A DNA stretch of 64,000 bases from Minisyncoccota bacterium (GCA_028689435.1 JAQTWD010000001.1:96-64095), one strand, 5' to 3'; positions 35,484 through 45,089 are shown, counted from the first letter of the stretch. Translations and numbers: made by a program. Notes: generated by a model not told the origin, from the sequence alone.

Positions 35484-36100
35484 CCTAACCTTCGGTACCA
35501 TACTTAGCCCCGATTATTTGCGGCGCAATATCTCTTGATGAGTGAGCTGTTACGCTATCTTTAAAGGATGGCTGCTTCTAAGCCAACCTCCTCATTGTCT
35601 GAGAAATTTCACCTCCTTAAGTGCACTTAGTATGAATTTTGGGACCTTAGATGTAGGTCTGGGCTGTTTCCCTTTTGACCAATGGAGCTTAGCCCCCACA
35701 GTCTAACTGCCTAGAAATTGACTACTGGTATTCGGAGTTTGATAGGATTGACGAAGTTTCCCCCTATTCAATCCTTCCAGTGCTCTACCCCCAGTAGGTA
35801 ATCTAGACGCTAACCCTAAAGCTATTTCGGAGAGAACCAGCTATTACCAAGTTCGATTAGCTTTTCACTACTTGCCACAAGTCATCCGATAGAGTTGAAC
35901 GACTAACCGGTTCGGGCCTCCTTCCGTCTTTCGACGAAATTCACCCTGCTCATGGCAAGCTCACTTGGCTTCGGGTCCTAAACATACAACACAATTTTTT
36001 CGCGCTATTCACACTCGCTTTCGCTGTGCCTCCTTGCTAACGCAATTAGGCTGCTGCATATTTAGACTCGTTGGCTCATTCTTCAATAGGCACGCGGTCA

Positions 36101-36248
36101 CCGTCGCATCTTGCTATGCAAGATGCGACGAAATTAAAAATTTTAAATTATAAATTTGACCAAACAAAAAATAAATTTTTTGTTTTAATTTATAATTTAA
36201 AATTTATCATTTATAATTCCGTCGTTCTTACGCAGTAAGATACGACGG
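36101..36248. repeat. multi-hairpin palindromic insertion in 23S
   Basis: CCGTCGCATCTTGC-TATG-CAAGATGCGACG + an AT-rich palindrome + CGTCGTTCTTACGCAGTAAGATACGACGG. Confidence 0.65.
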
Positions 36249-36299
36249 CTCCCACTCCTTGTAGGCATATGGTTTCAGGTCTATTTCACTCCCCTCTCC

Positions 36300-36342
<43 letters not shown>

Positions 36343-36555
36343 ATCTCTAAAAGTATTTAGCCTTACCGGTTAGTTCCGGCAGATTCCCCCAAGCCATTCG
36401 TGTCTTGAGGTACTCAGGAACAACAATAAAAAAGATAAATTGTTTTCGTTTACGGGACTATTACCCTCTAGGGTCCTGCTTCCCAGCAGATTCAACTAAC
36501 AAAATATTTTTTGACTTTTTTCATTACAAGAATGACACTGTTGTCCTACAACCCC

Positions 36556-36702
36556 AGTCGCTCCTCGCTATGCTCGGAGCAAGTAGTAAGTAATAAGGTA
36601 TAAATAATAAGTAAAAAATTTGCTTCGCAAATTTTTTCGTTTCTTACTACTTATACCTTACTCCTTAGCACTTGCGTTCCGAACGCAGTGAGGAACGACT
36701 GG
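36556..36702. repeat. AGTAAGTA-type palindromic insertion in 23S (near-duplicate of 34345..34485)
   Basis: CAGTCGCTCCTCGCTATGCTCGGAGCAAGTAGTAAGTAATAAGG...CTTAGCACTTGCGTTCCGAACGCAGTGAGGAACGACTGG. Confidence 0.7.
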
Positions 36703-37335
36703 TTTGGGCTCTTTCGCTTTCGCTCGCCACTACTTACGAAATATTATCTAAATAAATAGACATTGTTTTCTTTTCCTCTGGGTACTGAGATGTTTCACTT
36801 CCCCAGGTGCACTCCGAGTATCCTTTATAGATACAAGGTAATCTGTGTTCAACAGATTGGGTTCCCCCATTCGGAAATCTCCGGATCACAGGTTGCTAGT
36901 CACCTACCCGAAGCTTATCGCAGACATGCCACGTCCTTCATCGCCTTTTAGAGTCAAGGCATCCACCATACGCCCTTATGAATTTCCTATTAGGAAATTC
37001 AAACAACGCAATTCTTATTTTAATACAATTTTTTTACCTACAGATCTAAAAATTTAATTTTTAATTAAACTTAAAGACCCATTGATTGACTTGTCTCTGG
37101 TATAAGACAAATCACTTGTTATTCATTTTTCAACGAACATTTCATTCAGCCATTTAATCTTACAGTCTCGGCGAAGTTTTGGATAAATCCAAAACTTCGC
37201 TGAAACAATAAATTTAAAAAAAATAAAACCGCTCTTTTTGTTTTAAGCGGTATCTACCCAAGATAGCATCTAAAAGACGCCTACATCACCCGCTTATTTA
37301 AATTAGTTTTAGCTACTCTATTTAGCACGGTTACT

Positions 37336-37363
37336 AGTATATACAAACTAAAATTTTTGTCAA
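37336..37363 (-). promoter_or_regulatory. candidate 23S operon promoter TTGACA-N16-TATACT
   Basis: Reverse complement of tgtcaa at 37358-37363 and of agtata at 37336-37341, about 340 nt upstream of the 23S 5' end. Confidence 0.5.
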
Positions 37364-37392
37364 CAAAAAAAGCCCTGCTCAAGAGCAGGGCT
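37364..37392 (-). terminator. intrinsic terminator of 37417..38436
   Basis: Minus strand: AGCCCTGC-TCTTG-AGCAGGGCT followed by TTTTTTTGTTG. Confidence 0.8.
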
Positions 37393-37416
37393 TTACTATA
37401 TTTCGGAAAACGGAAA

Positions 37417-38436
37417 TTATCCGTAAGAACTAACGCTTTTTGCCTCTTCGGACGCCAGCATGCAACACAACTGAGTGTAAAGAGTTCCTCCAACCATTCT
37501 CAAGTGATATTGTTTTTGAGATACATTGGCAGAAATATTAAAATCCCCCCAATTTTTAATTCCACTGTGAGCCATCAACAAAAGACGAAGGTCTCCTCCG
37601 TCAGAAAAATTACATTTCGTAGAACCAACAAAGGCGATATTACCTTTTCGCCACTGTTTTGTTTTTCTATAATCAGGTTTTTCAGGATCATTTTTTTCTT
37701 TGTGAATAATCAGGGCGTGAATTTCTACCCCATCCTTAAAACCAACGATGGTCCCGTCTTTTGTAACTCCATCATTCCAAGTGACAGAAATGTATTGTTC
37801 AGTCAAATCAGAGAAAAAAGATTGCAAAGGTTTCCATTGAATACATGGACAAGAAACAGAGAGTTTTCTAAAAATTTCACAAAAATCTACTTCAACAGAG
37901 TTTTCACTTCTGTGTTCCATGGGCACCGGAATAGAGCACTCTATCCTGTGAAAAAATTTATAGACACACGGGTCTTTTTCTTTACACATATTCAAGATTG
38001 TCTGCACTCCTGTGTTATGAATATTTCCACTATCTGATAAAACCCGAAAGCCCAAACAATTTCCAAATCTTTTTATATAAAAGAAAGAACCGTTCATTGG
38101 CACAGAAATCTCTGCTGTTTTTTCGCCAGAACAAATTTTATCCAAAAGATTGTCGATATTAAAACAACTAGCAAAATCAAAAATTCCGGACAGCACACGA
38201 TTCCTATTCTTTTTTTCAAAATCCGGATTTTCGTTTATCCAATTCAACATATATTCTTTGACAATGCTTTTAATCGCTCTTACTGTATCGGCTTTTTCAT
38301 CTTGATTTTTGAGATTTTCGAAAAAAATTGCTCCCGTCCTAAAAGGAAAATCCATTTCACAGGTTTTTAATCCAACATTGTTGAATAATGAAAACAAACC
38401 CGACATTTCCAACAAATCCAATGCTTCTTTTTCCAT
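37417..38436 (-). CDS. hypothetical protein (GC-richer cassette, Cys-rich)
   Basis: 339-aa ORF. GGAGG lies 7 nt upstream of the ATG. Own promoter, a ~150-nt structured leader and a terminator. The overlapping plus-strand ORF 37357..38037 is judged spurious. Confidence 0.6.
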   Translation of the reverse strand: MEKEALDLLEMSGLFSLFNNVGLKTCEMDFPFRTGAIFFENLKNQDEKADTVRAIKSIVKEYMLNWINENPDFEKKNRNRVLSGIFDFASCFNIDNLLDKICSGEKTAEISVPMNGSFFYIKRFGNCLGFRVLSDSGNIHNTGVQTILNMCKEKDPCVYKFFHRIECSIPVPMEHRSENSVEVDFCEIFRKLSVSCPCIQWKPLQSFFSDLTEQYISVTWNDGVTKDGTIVGFKDGVEIHALIIHKEKNDPEKPDYRKTKQWRKGNIAFVGSTKCNFSDGGDLRLLLMAHSGIKNWGDFNISANVSQKQYHLRMVGGTLYTQLCCMLASEEAKSVSSYG

Positions 38437-38594
38437 GATGTAACCTCCGATTCAAAGGACTTTAAATAACGGCCTGCGACAGCCGTCCTGCCAGTCGCCC
38501 GACAGGATAAAGCAAGACGACCTCGCTTTACCGTTTAAAATACATATTCCAATATATTCTAAATGGTAAAGCCAGATGCCTCACACCTTTGTTC

Positions 38595-38623
38595 ATTTAT
38601 CCAAAAAACGGACAAAAAGTCAA
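38595..38623 (-). promoter_or_regulatory. sigma70-like promoter TTGACT-N17-ATAAAT
   Basis: Reverse complement of agtcaa at 38618-38623 and of atttat at 38595-38600. Confidence 0.45.
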
Positions 38624-38643
38624 ACAAAAGATAAACATACCAA

Positions 38644-38663
38644 CCTGCCTGCCGGCAGGCAGG
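38644..38663. repeat. CCTGCCTGCCGGCAGGCAGG palindrome
   Basis: Exact 20-mer. Confidence 0.8.
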
Positions 38664-38734
38664 TATACGAATGATACGAATAATACAAATGCAATACAAA
38701 TATGCCCAACCAATTTACCTTAAATTAAGAAACA

Positions 38735-38777
38735 AAAAATACCAAAATTTATGCGACCGCATAAATTTTGGTATTTT
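38735..38777. repeat. GACC-apex hairpin (possible terminator of 38785..38988)
   Basis: AAAAATACCAAAATTTATGC-GACC-GCATAAATTTTGGTATTTTT. Shares the inner stem with the copy at 7601-7623. Confidence 0.65.
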
Positions 38778-38784
38778 TGTTTTT

Positions 38785-38988
38785 TTATAAAAGTCCCTGA
38801 AAGGAGCTTATATAATTTTTCATAAACATCGGCACAACAAACATCATAAGAATCAATGGCAAAACAAAGGTAACTAAAGTAATCCAAAAAATCAAAAGAA
38901 AGTACTTTCTCATTTTTTCTACCGATTGATAAACCGCGTCTATTTTTTTCTCCAACTCTTCTATTTTGTTTTTTAGTTCTTGATCCAT
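38785..38988 (-). CDS. small membrane protein
   Basis: 67 aa: an N-terminal amphipathic helix, then a long TM segment. Confidence 0.5.
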   Translation of the reverse strand: MDQELKNKIEELEKKIDAVYQSVEKMRKYFLLIFWITLVTFVLPLILMMFVVPMFMKNYISSFQGLL

Positions 38989-39190
38989 GTCTTTAGGGTT
39001 TAGCGGTTAGGGATTAGGGTATAAAAAAACAATTTCTAATTATTAATTTCGAATTTCGATTCAAAATCTAATTTCAAAATATTTAATGTCGAAACACTAA
39101 AAATTTCTTTTAGAAATTTTTATTCACTACACGCTAAACGCTATACGCTTTATTATTTTTTTTAAAAAACTATTCACCACTTTCCGCTCA

Positions 39191-39793
39191 CTACTCACTA
39201 CTCACTACTAAATTGTATCTCTTTTCCAAAACATCACCATTTATATTTTTTAAAAAAGCTTCAACGTATTTTGCTTTTTCGCTTGGTACATAATCCACCA
39301 TAAATGCATGTTCCCACATATCCATCACTGCAATTATCGGCAATCCACCTAACTGACCTAATTCATGGTCTCCTACCCAAACGATGTGTGGAATCTTTAC
39401 TTCTGTATCATAAGCCAACACAACCCATCCGATACCCCGACTCTTCCCAACCTCTGCAAAATGCTCAATTGATTTTTCTAAACTACCATACTTTTCTGCT
39501 AAAACTTTTGCCAAATTACTTTCTCTATCCAAATCTTTTGCACCACCCTCAAACTGTTCAAAATAATATTCATGCATTCTCATTCCATTAAATTCAAAAT
39601 TAAATCTCCTTCTCAATTCAGAAATCAAATAAGAGTTAACTTCTTTGTCCTGCGACAATTCCGCAATCTTTTCTCTAATTAAATTTGTGTGTTTAACATA
39701 ACCAGAATAAAGCTTTAAATGTTCTTCTATTTGTTTTTCAGAAAGCCCTTCCAGTTTTGGAATATTAAATTTTCTCTCCTCGTATTTTTGCAT
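39191..39793 (-). CDS. superoxide dismutase (Fe/Mn family)
   Basis: 200 aa. LKLYSGYVKHTN, and a C-terminal DMWEHAFMVDY matching the D-x-W-E-H-A-Y metal site. Confidence 0.85.
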   Translation of the reverse strand: MQKYEERKFNIPKLEGLSEKQIEEHLKLYSGYVKHTNLIREKIAELSQDKEVNSYLISELRRRFNFEFNGMRMHEYYFEQFEGGAKDLDRESNLAKVLAEKYGSLEKSIEHFAEVGKSRGIGWVVLAYDTEVKIPHIVWVGDHELGQLGGLPIIAVMDMWEHAFMVDYVPSEKAKYVEAFLKNINGDVLEKRYNLVVSSE

Positions 39794-39920
39794 AAAATAA
39801 ATATATTAATTTATAGTCTAATTTTAACACTTTTATTGCTTATATAAAAACGATTTCCAAGAAAAATCATATTATGTAATAATATAATCAGATAATATTA
39901 AAAACTAATTTTAAAAAAAT

Positions 39921-40343
39921 ATGACTAAAAAATTAATTATTTTTATAGTTGTGGTTCTAATAATCTGGCTTTCTGCTGTGTATTACAACAGCAAGAATAA
40001 ATCAGAAGAAATCATCATCAACGGAAATTCCGAACAATCAGAAAAGATTGGTACAACAACAAAAGAAAAATTACCGATAGGCGAAATTCCAGAATCTGTT
40101 GAAAACGCACTTTTTCAAAAAGCGGAAACATATTGCAACAAAGAAAATACAGCTAGTGTCTATGTATCAACAGGCACAATCAAAGTTGTTGGAAGTCTTC
40201 TTGGTGCAGGAGCAACTTACATAAACGCCAACAACGACACATCATTTTCTTGTCCTGTTGTAGCGCCAGAATATATAACACAAGAGTGTAAAGATATAAT
40301 GAATATTTCTGAACAGTCTTGGAAAAAAGTTTGCGAAAATTAA
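39921..40343 (+). CDS. hypothetical secreted/anchored protein
   Basis: 140 aa, N-terminal TM/signal, four Cys. Confidence 0.55.
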   Translation: MTKKLIIFIVVVLIIWLSAVYYNSKNKSEEIIINGNSEQSEKIGTTTKEKLPIGEIPESVENALFQKAETYCNKENTASVYVSTGTIKVVGSLLGAGATYINANNDTSFSCPVVAPEYITQECKDIMNISEQSWKKVCEN

Positions 40344-40356
40344 AATATTAAAAAAC

Positions 40357-40388
40357 AAAACCTCGGATTATCCGAGGTTTTGTTTTTT
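40357..40388 (+). terminator. intrinsic terminator
   Basis: AAAACCTCGGA-TTA-TCCGAGGTTTT followed by GTTTTTT. Confidence 0.8.
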
Positions 40389-40454
40389 GATAAATAAAAA
40401 ATTATTTATAAAAAATTATATCAATAAAAAATTTACGTTTAAAAAATATGTTTA

Positions 40455-40505
40455 AAAAATTTACGTAAAATTAGTCCGACCGTTCCAATTTTACGTAAAT
40501 TTTTT
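40455..40505. repeat. GACC-apex hairpin
   Basis: AAAATTTACGTAAAATTAGTCC-GACC-GTTCCAATTTTACGTAAATTTT. Confidence 0.6.
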
Positions 40506-40557
40506 TAAGACAAGTTTTTTATTTTTTATTCATTCTTTATGTTTTTTTGCATTTTAT

Positions 40558-41469
40558 TTATATCTTCTTTACAAATGTTTTAAATGGAATAAACATAAAA
40601 GACCAAGGAATAATGGACAAAACTATTGGCAAAATTATATTTGGATCAGAAAAAAATTTGTTTGCCAATTCAATCGCCAATGTAAAATTCATATAGGTAA
40701 CACAAACTGAAATAGTTATCCTGTCTCTCCTATCCCGCCAAGGGGTCAAGAAATATCCAATGATGTGCAGAAAGAAAAAGAAAACAAAGAGTGTCACAAC
40801 AACAAACAAATTAAAATTTTCAATTAAAATATTTGATTGTTTTGCAACAATGATCATTATCAAAATACCTAAAAGGATTGTGGAAAAAGATTTAAATATA
40901 GGAGAAACTTTATCAATTGTCCTTTGCCAAAATCTTTTAAAAAACTGTGCGACAAAAAATGGAATATAAATAACAATTGCTAATAACTTAAACATACCGA
41001 AAACATCAACCTTTACAGATGTTCCTACCAAAAATTCTACAATAAAAGGAACTGTTAAGGGTGCAAGAAGCGAAGTAATAACTGCCAAAACCAAAGCGAG
41101 ACTTTGTCTCCCCCCAGAAATCTCCGTCAATAATGGGGTAACCATCCCAGCAGGCATTGCTGACAAAAGCAAAAAAGCGACAGCAAATGATGGAAAAAAT
41201 AAATTAGCAATATAATAGACAACAACGGGAAGAATTAGAAGAATAAAAAAAGTTATAATAAACAAGGCCCACTTATCTTCTAATTGCCTCAAAACTTTTT
41301 TCAAATCAATCTTTAAAGCACTCAAGAAAAATATCCCTGCCAAAATTGATGTGGTATAAGAAGATGCCCATAATACATTTTGCGAATAAAAAATACCCAC
41401 AAAAAAAGCGAGCCCTATTACGATATAGTGGCTCTCGGTTATGTTTTTAATTAAATTAAATATTTTCAC
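40558..41469 (-). CDS. bile acid:sodium symporter (BASS/SBF-like) family transporter
   Basis: 303 aa, about 9 TM helices, LLSAMPAGMVTPLLTEISGG. Confidence 0.6.
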   Translation of the reverse strand: MKIFNLIKNITESHYIVIGLAFFVGIFYSQNVLWASSYTTSILAGIFFLSALKIDLKKVLRQLEDKWALFIITFFILLILPVVVYYIANLFFPSFAVAFLLLSAMPAGMVTPLLTEISGGRQSLALVLAVITSLLAPLTVPFIVEFLVGTSVKVDVFGMFKLLAIVIYIPFFVAQFFKRFWQRTIDKVSPIFKSFSTILLGILIMIIVAKQSNILIENFNLFVVVTLFVFFFFLHIIGYFLTPWRDRRDRITISVCVTYMNFTLAIELANKFFSDPNIILPIVLSIIPWSFMFIPFKTFVKKI

Positions 41470-41487
41470 GATAATAATTATATCATT

Positions 41488-42381
41488 TTATTTCTGACAA
41501 ACAGGACAATAAAAAATACTTCTCTGTCCCAATTTTTCTCTGATAATTGTCGTCCCGCAAAGTTTACATGGATCTCCTTCACGGTTATAAACCATCAAAA
41601 CCTTCTGAAAACCACCTTTCTTCCCTTCTATGTCGCGATAATCAGAATCAGATGTCCCGCGCATTTTAAGCGCCTTTTTTAATATTTTTTTGGTTGAATC
41701 AAAAATTTTTTTCTTTTCAATTTCGCTTAATGTATAAATTTTTCTTTGTGGTAAAACGCCTGCACCGAACAATATTTCACTGCGATAAATGTTTCCTATT
41801 CCAACAATCAATTCTTGATCCAAAAGAACAACTCCAATTATTCCATTTTTCCTTTTATCTAAAATTTCTTTAAAAACGTTAGCAGTGAATCTATTATCTA
41901 ACGCATCAATTCCCAACCTCTTTATTTCTTTTACATTTTCAACTTCATTTGTCTTTACCACACTCAGCCATCCAAATTTTCGTAAATCTGAAAAATCTAA
42001 AATATTTCCACTTTCAAAAACAAACTTATGTCTAATATATTGATTCACTCTTTCCTCAAAATAATCGTGTTGTTTTGAATTTTGAATTTTTAATTTGGAA
42101 TTTGTTTGTAATTTGTTATTTGTAATTTGATGCTTATACAAGAGATGACCTGTCATTTTCAAATGAATCACTACCGAATAATCACTGTTTAAATCTAAAA
42201 TAATATGCTTACCTATCCTCCTCACCCCAACTATTTTTGCACCTACAATTTCTTTTTTAAATTTTGCAAAACTAGGTCTAACATTCTTTTTCCAAACACT
42301 TTCAAAATCAGCGATTTTCTCGCCAACAATTTTTCTATTTAAATCATTTACGATTGTTTGTACTTCGGGTAGTTCGGGCAT
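41488..42381 (-). CDS. mutM: formamidopyrimidine-DNA glycosylase
   Basis: 297 aa. N-terminal MPELPEV, H2TH region, C-terminal zinc finger CKLCGTTI...CPVCQ. Confidence 0.85.
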   Translation of the reverse strand: MPELPEVQTIVNDLNRKIVGEKIADFESVWKKNVRPSFAKFKKEIVGAKIVGVRRIGKHIILDLNSDYSVVIHLKMTGHLLYKHQITNNKLQTNSKLKIQNSKQHDYFEERVNQYIRHKFVFESGNILDFSDLRKFGWLSVVKTNEVENVKEIKRLGIDALDNRFTANVFKEILDKRKNGIIGVVLLDQELIVGIGNIYRSEILFGAGVLPQRKIYTLSEIEKKKIFDSTKKILKKALKMRGTSDSDYRDIEGKKGGFQKVLMVYNREGDPCKLCGTTIIREKLGQRSIFYCPVCQK

Positions 42382-42434
42382 GACAAAAATTTAAAAGTTA
42401 AAAATCAAAATTTAAAAATACAATTCAAAATTTA

Positions 42435-42555
42435 AAAGTTTAAAAATTGAGTGAAGTTCGAGGAAGCGAGGAAAAAATGTTTGAGTCGTATTTTAAATAC
42501 GGTGAAAATATTTTTTCTGAAGCTGACGAAGAAATTCACCAATTTTTAAACTTTT
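42435..42555. repeat. ~120-nt palindrome centred on CGTATTTTAAATACG, abutting a gene 3' end
   Basis: AAATTGAGTGAAGTTCGAGGAAGCGAGG...CGTATTTTAAATACGG...CTGACGAAGAAATTCACCAATTT. Family also at 45884, 49389, 56113 and 63055. Confidence 0.7.
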
Positions 42556-42559
42556 AACT

Positions 42560-43540
42560 TTAATTTTTAGTTAGAACAGTCCATATATCTAATATACGAG
42601 CGAGGGATTCTACTTGTCCCAAAGATGCATAAGTAGGAACACCTAATAGACAATTTTTCTTAGACAAAATCGCTGCTCCTCCAGAATTGCCCTGTTCTAC
42701 TTTTGCGGAAGTCACAAAATAATCTCCATCAAAACCAGAAACGATTCCCTCTGTGGCTGTAATGGTTGTTTTTGACCCAATATCTGGATATCCCAAAACA
42801 ATTACACTGTCCCCGAGAGATGGTTTCTGTTCGCAAATGTTTGGAAAAACTTCTGTAATTTTTGTTAGATTTTCATCAGGATCTATGATTTCCAATATCC
42901 CCCAATCATAATTATTTGCGGATACTTCTGCCCTGTCAGGCGATACGAAAAATTCTTTCGTGCTTCCCGTCACTTTTACGACACAACCTGTCATATTATA
43001 CAAATAGGGTGCAGTCAAAACATGTTTGTTAGTAACAATCTTTATTGAAGAATCCGAAAAGGCCAAAGCCGTCCCCGAACCACTTGTGCTGTAACTTAGA
43101 TAAGAATTTGCTAAAGAAAAATCGCAATCAATAAGCACTATCAATTTTTCCCAATTTTTTATAACAGAAGAAAGATCGCTTGATAAACTGGTCAAAGACA
43201 ACCTATTTTCAAGACTGGATATTTTTTTCTGAGAGGCAAGAGATTGTTTGTCCATTTGGTCTTCTATTGATTTTCTTATCTCTTCTTCTTGACTTAATTT
43301 TTGATTCAATTCTTCAACCTTTCCTGTACTTTCAAAACGCAAAAGATTTATTTCTTTTCTTATGTTTTCTAATTCAGTTTGTTGGTCAGATAATTGTTTT
43401 TGCAAATCCTGATTTTCTAAAGCGATGTCTTTATACCCTGTATAATTGTAAAAATATGACGCACCAACGACAACGCAAACAACGGCTATTGCAATAATAG
43501 ATGTGTGCAAAGATATTTCAATATGTTCTTCCTGACTCAT
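42560..43540 (-). CDS. membrane-anchored trypsin-like serine protease (S1C-like, no PDZ)
   Basis: 326 aa. TM helix, coiled coil, C-terminal protease domain with GNSGGA. Confidence 0.65.
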   Translation of the reverse strand: MSQEEHIEISLHTSIIAIAVVCVVVGASYFYNYTGYKDIALENQDLQKQLSDQQTELENIRKEINLLRFESTGKVEELNQKLSQEEEIRKSIEDQMDKQSLASQKKISSLENRLSLTSLSSDLSSVIKNWEKLIVLIDCDFSLANSYLSYSTSGSGTALAFSDSSIKIVTNKHVLTAPYLYNMTGCVVKVTGSTKEFFVSPDRAEVSANNYDWGILEIIDPDENLTKITEVFPNICEQKPSLGDSVIVLGYPDIGSKTTITATEGIVSGFDGDYFVTSAKVEQGNSGGAAILSKKNCLLGVPTYASLGQVESLARILDIWTVLTKN

Positions 43541-43561
43541 TACAAATATAATAACATACCA

Positions 43562-43590
43562 AAATAAAAAAGAACGGCCGAAACCGCTCT
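43562..43590 (-). terminator. intrinsic terminator of 43611..44054
   Basis: Minus strand: GAGCGG-TTTCGG-CCGTTC followed by TTTTTTATTTT. Confidence 0.6.
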
Positions 43591-43610
43591 TTTAATTAAC
43601 CCCTTACGAG

Positions 43611-44054
43611 TTAAATTTTCCCAATGACTTTTATCGTGGTTTCCATATTGATCAAAATCCGTCGCACACAATCATCGTTATAAGACAACACGAGTATCGT
43701 GCCAGGATTTTTTTCGATTTCAAACCAATCGGGACAACCCGTCCAATAAACATACATTTCATTAGGGTTAATATCTCCCGTAACAATTCCACCCGAAACG
43801 GAAACTATTTTTCCTCTGAGAAATTTGTTCGCTAAACTTTGCTGAGCTTCAAAGTACCCCCTATTAAAACCCTCCATGAAAAATTTTCTGAGTGTTTCTC
43901 TAAGTTCTGTCTCTTCTAAAAAATCAATATAATTCAAAAACATCCCAAAATTATTATTATAAATGTCTCCAAGTAAAACATGTCCGTTATAAACACCATC
44001 TTGGCCGAAAATAAGACCTTCATTCTCAATTACAAACAAATCTTTTGCTTCCAT
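43611..44054 (-). CDS. hypothetical protein (GC-richer cassette)
   Basis: The track frame opens at 44126. The ATG at 44054 is preceded by GGAGGTG (3 nt). Product MEAKDLFVIENEG..., 147 aa. Confidence 0.55.
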   Translation of the reverse strand: MEAKDLFVIENEGLIFGQDGVYNGHVLLGDIYNNNFGMFLNYIDFLEETELRETLRKFFMEGFNRGYFEAQQSLANKFLRGKIVSVSGGIVTGDINPNEMYVYWTGCPDWFEIEKNPGTILVLSYNDDCVRRILINMETTIKVIGKI

Positions 44055-44128
44055 TACACCTCCGTATGATAAAGATTGATAAAAAATATCTAAACTCATT
44101 AAAACAATTGTCTTGTAAAAAAGCAAGT

Positions 44129-44159
44129 AAAAACAAAAAGAACGAGCGGGTGCTCGTTC
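44129..44159 (-). terminator. intrinsic terminator after the three-ORF mini-operon
   Basis: Minus strand: GAACGAGC-ACCC-GCTCGTTC followed by TTTTTGTTTTT. Confidence 0.8.
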
Positions 44160-44165
44160 TTCTTA

Positions 44166-44336
44166 TTAATAAATGACGATGTGAGACCTTGTGGAGGTTT
44201 CTCTCCATTCTCTCATTTTTTTAATAAATTCTGCTACCTCAACAGGCTTTCTTCGCCAGTTGGGAATTTTGTCCAAATCAATTTTAAAGTCACTATCACT
44301 GTGACATTTCTTTTTTATCGATTGTTTTTTTGACAT
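44166..44336 (-). CDS. small basic hypothetical protein (56 aa)
   Basis: Own translation: MSKKQSIKKKCHSDSDFKIDLDKIPNWRRKPVEVAEFIKKMREWRETSTRSHIVIY. Below the ORF-track size cut-off. Confidence 0.35.
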   Translation of the reverse strand: MSKKQSIKKKCHSDSDFKIDLDKIPNWRRKPVEVAEFIKKMREWRETSTRSHIVIY

Positions 44337-44343
44337 ACCGTAC

Positions 44344-44508
44344 CTACAACCGAAGATCAGAATTTAAAATAGATACCGCTGAAAATCTTTCCGCGAAAGA
44401 AATAAATTCAACGAAAGAAAATTCTTTATCTGAGAGACTCAAATCGACACGAGCCAAATGATTTTTCCATTCTTCAACAAAAGATTTACTTTCTTCGTCT
44501 TTCATTAT
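44344..44508 (-). CDS. small acidic hypothetical protein (54 aa)
   Basis: Own translation: MKDEESKSFVEEWKNHLARVDLSLSDKEFSFVEFISFAERFSAVSILNSDLRL. The start lies 4 nt after the upstream stop. Confidence 0.35.
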   Translation of the reverse strand: MMKDEESKSFVEEWKNHLARVDLSLSDKEFSFVEFISFAERFSAVSILNSDLRL

Positions 44509-44512
44509 TTTA

Positions 44513-44683
44513 CCCTTCTACTTTTGTAATTTTTGCGTCGGCAAATTCCCATGTTTGTCTGTCATAATACTGGCAAAAACCAGCGCAACGAGTCTGCCAC
44601 AATTCTATGGAGCGACCGCAACGACAATGATTGAATCTAATGTGAACAGGTTTAATTTTATTCCATCTTATTCCTCTTGGCAC
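44513..44683 (-). CDS. small Cys-rich (zinc-ribbon-like) protein (56 aa, GTG start)
   Basis: GGGAGGA lies 4-5 nt upstream of the GTG. Own translation: VPRGIRWNKIKPVHIRFNHCRCGRSIELWQTRCAGFCQYYDRQTWEFADAKITKVEG. Confidence 0.4.
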
Positions 44684-44765
44684 AGTATCCTCCCTGTATG
44701 TGGTTTAAAAAATTATACAAATCTAATTCAATATTAAAACTAATTTTTCAAAAAAACAATCATAC

Positions 44766-44794
44766 TTGATTTAAATAAAGAGATTGGTTAATAT
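44766..44794 (+). promoter_or_regulatory. sigma70-like promoter TTGATT-N17-TAATAT
   Basis: TTGATT at 44766-44771, TAATAT at 44789-44794. Confidence 0.5.
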
Positions 44795-44843
44795 CAGTCC
44801 AGAGTTTTAAACAAGCATAGTAAACACAAGGAGGATTATCAAT

Positions 44844-45089
44844 ATGTTTCAAATTTTTTGGTTTTTTGTTTTTGTGTTGGCAAATTCCATTGTTTATTTA
44901 AATTTTTTTTCAGGTGAAGAGACAAGGATTAGAGAGTTGAGTGTATACCATCGCAGAAGATATCCTGTAGAGCTAGCAATAGCATTTCAGTGTTTTATGA
45001 TTTCATTTTTTATTGTTTTTGCTATGTTGTTGTTTTTCATCGCATATATTTTGGTAAATTTAAAAGTACATCCGAATTTTTTTATGTAA
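44844..45089 (+). CDS. small membrane protein
   Basis: 81 aa, two TM helices, AGGAGG 9 nt upstream. Confidence 0.5.
   Translation: MFQIFWFFVFVLANSIVYLNFFSGEETRIRELSVYHRRRYPVELAIAFQCFMISFFIVFAMLLFFIAYILVNLKVHPNFFM

Noticed and set aside
37357-38037. 226-aa plus-strand ORF
   Set aside because: It is antisense to the longer 37417..38436 ORF. That ORF has an SD, promoter and terminator; this one has none, and its product is low-complexity.
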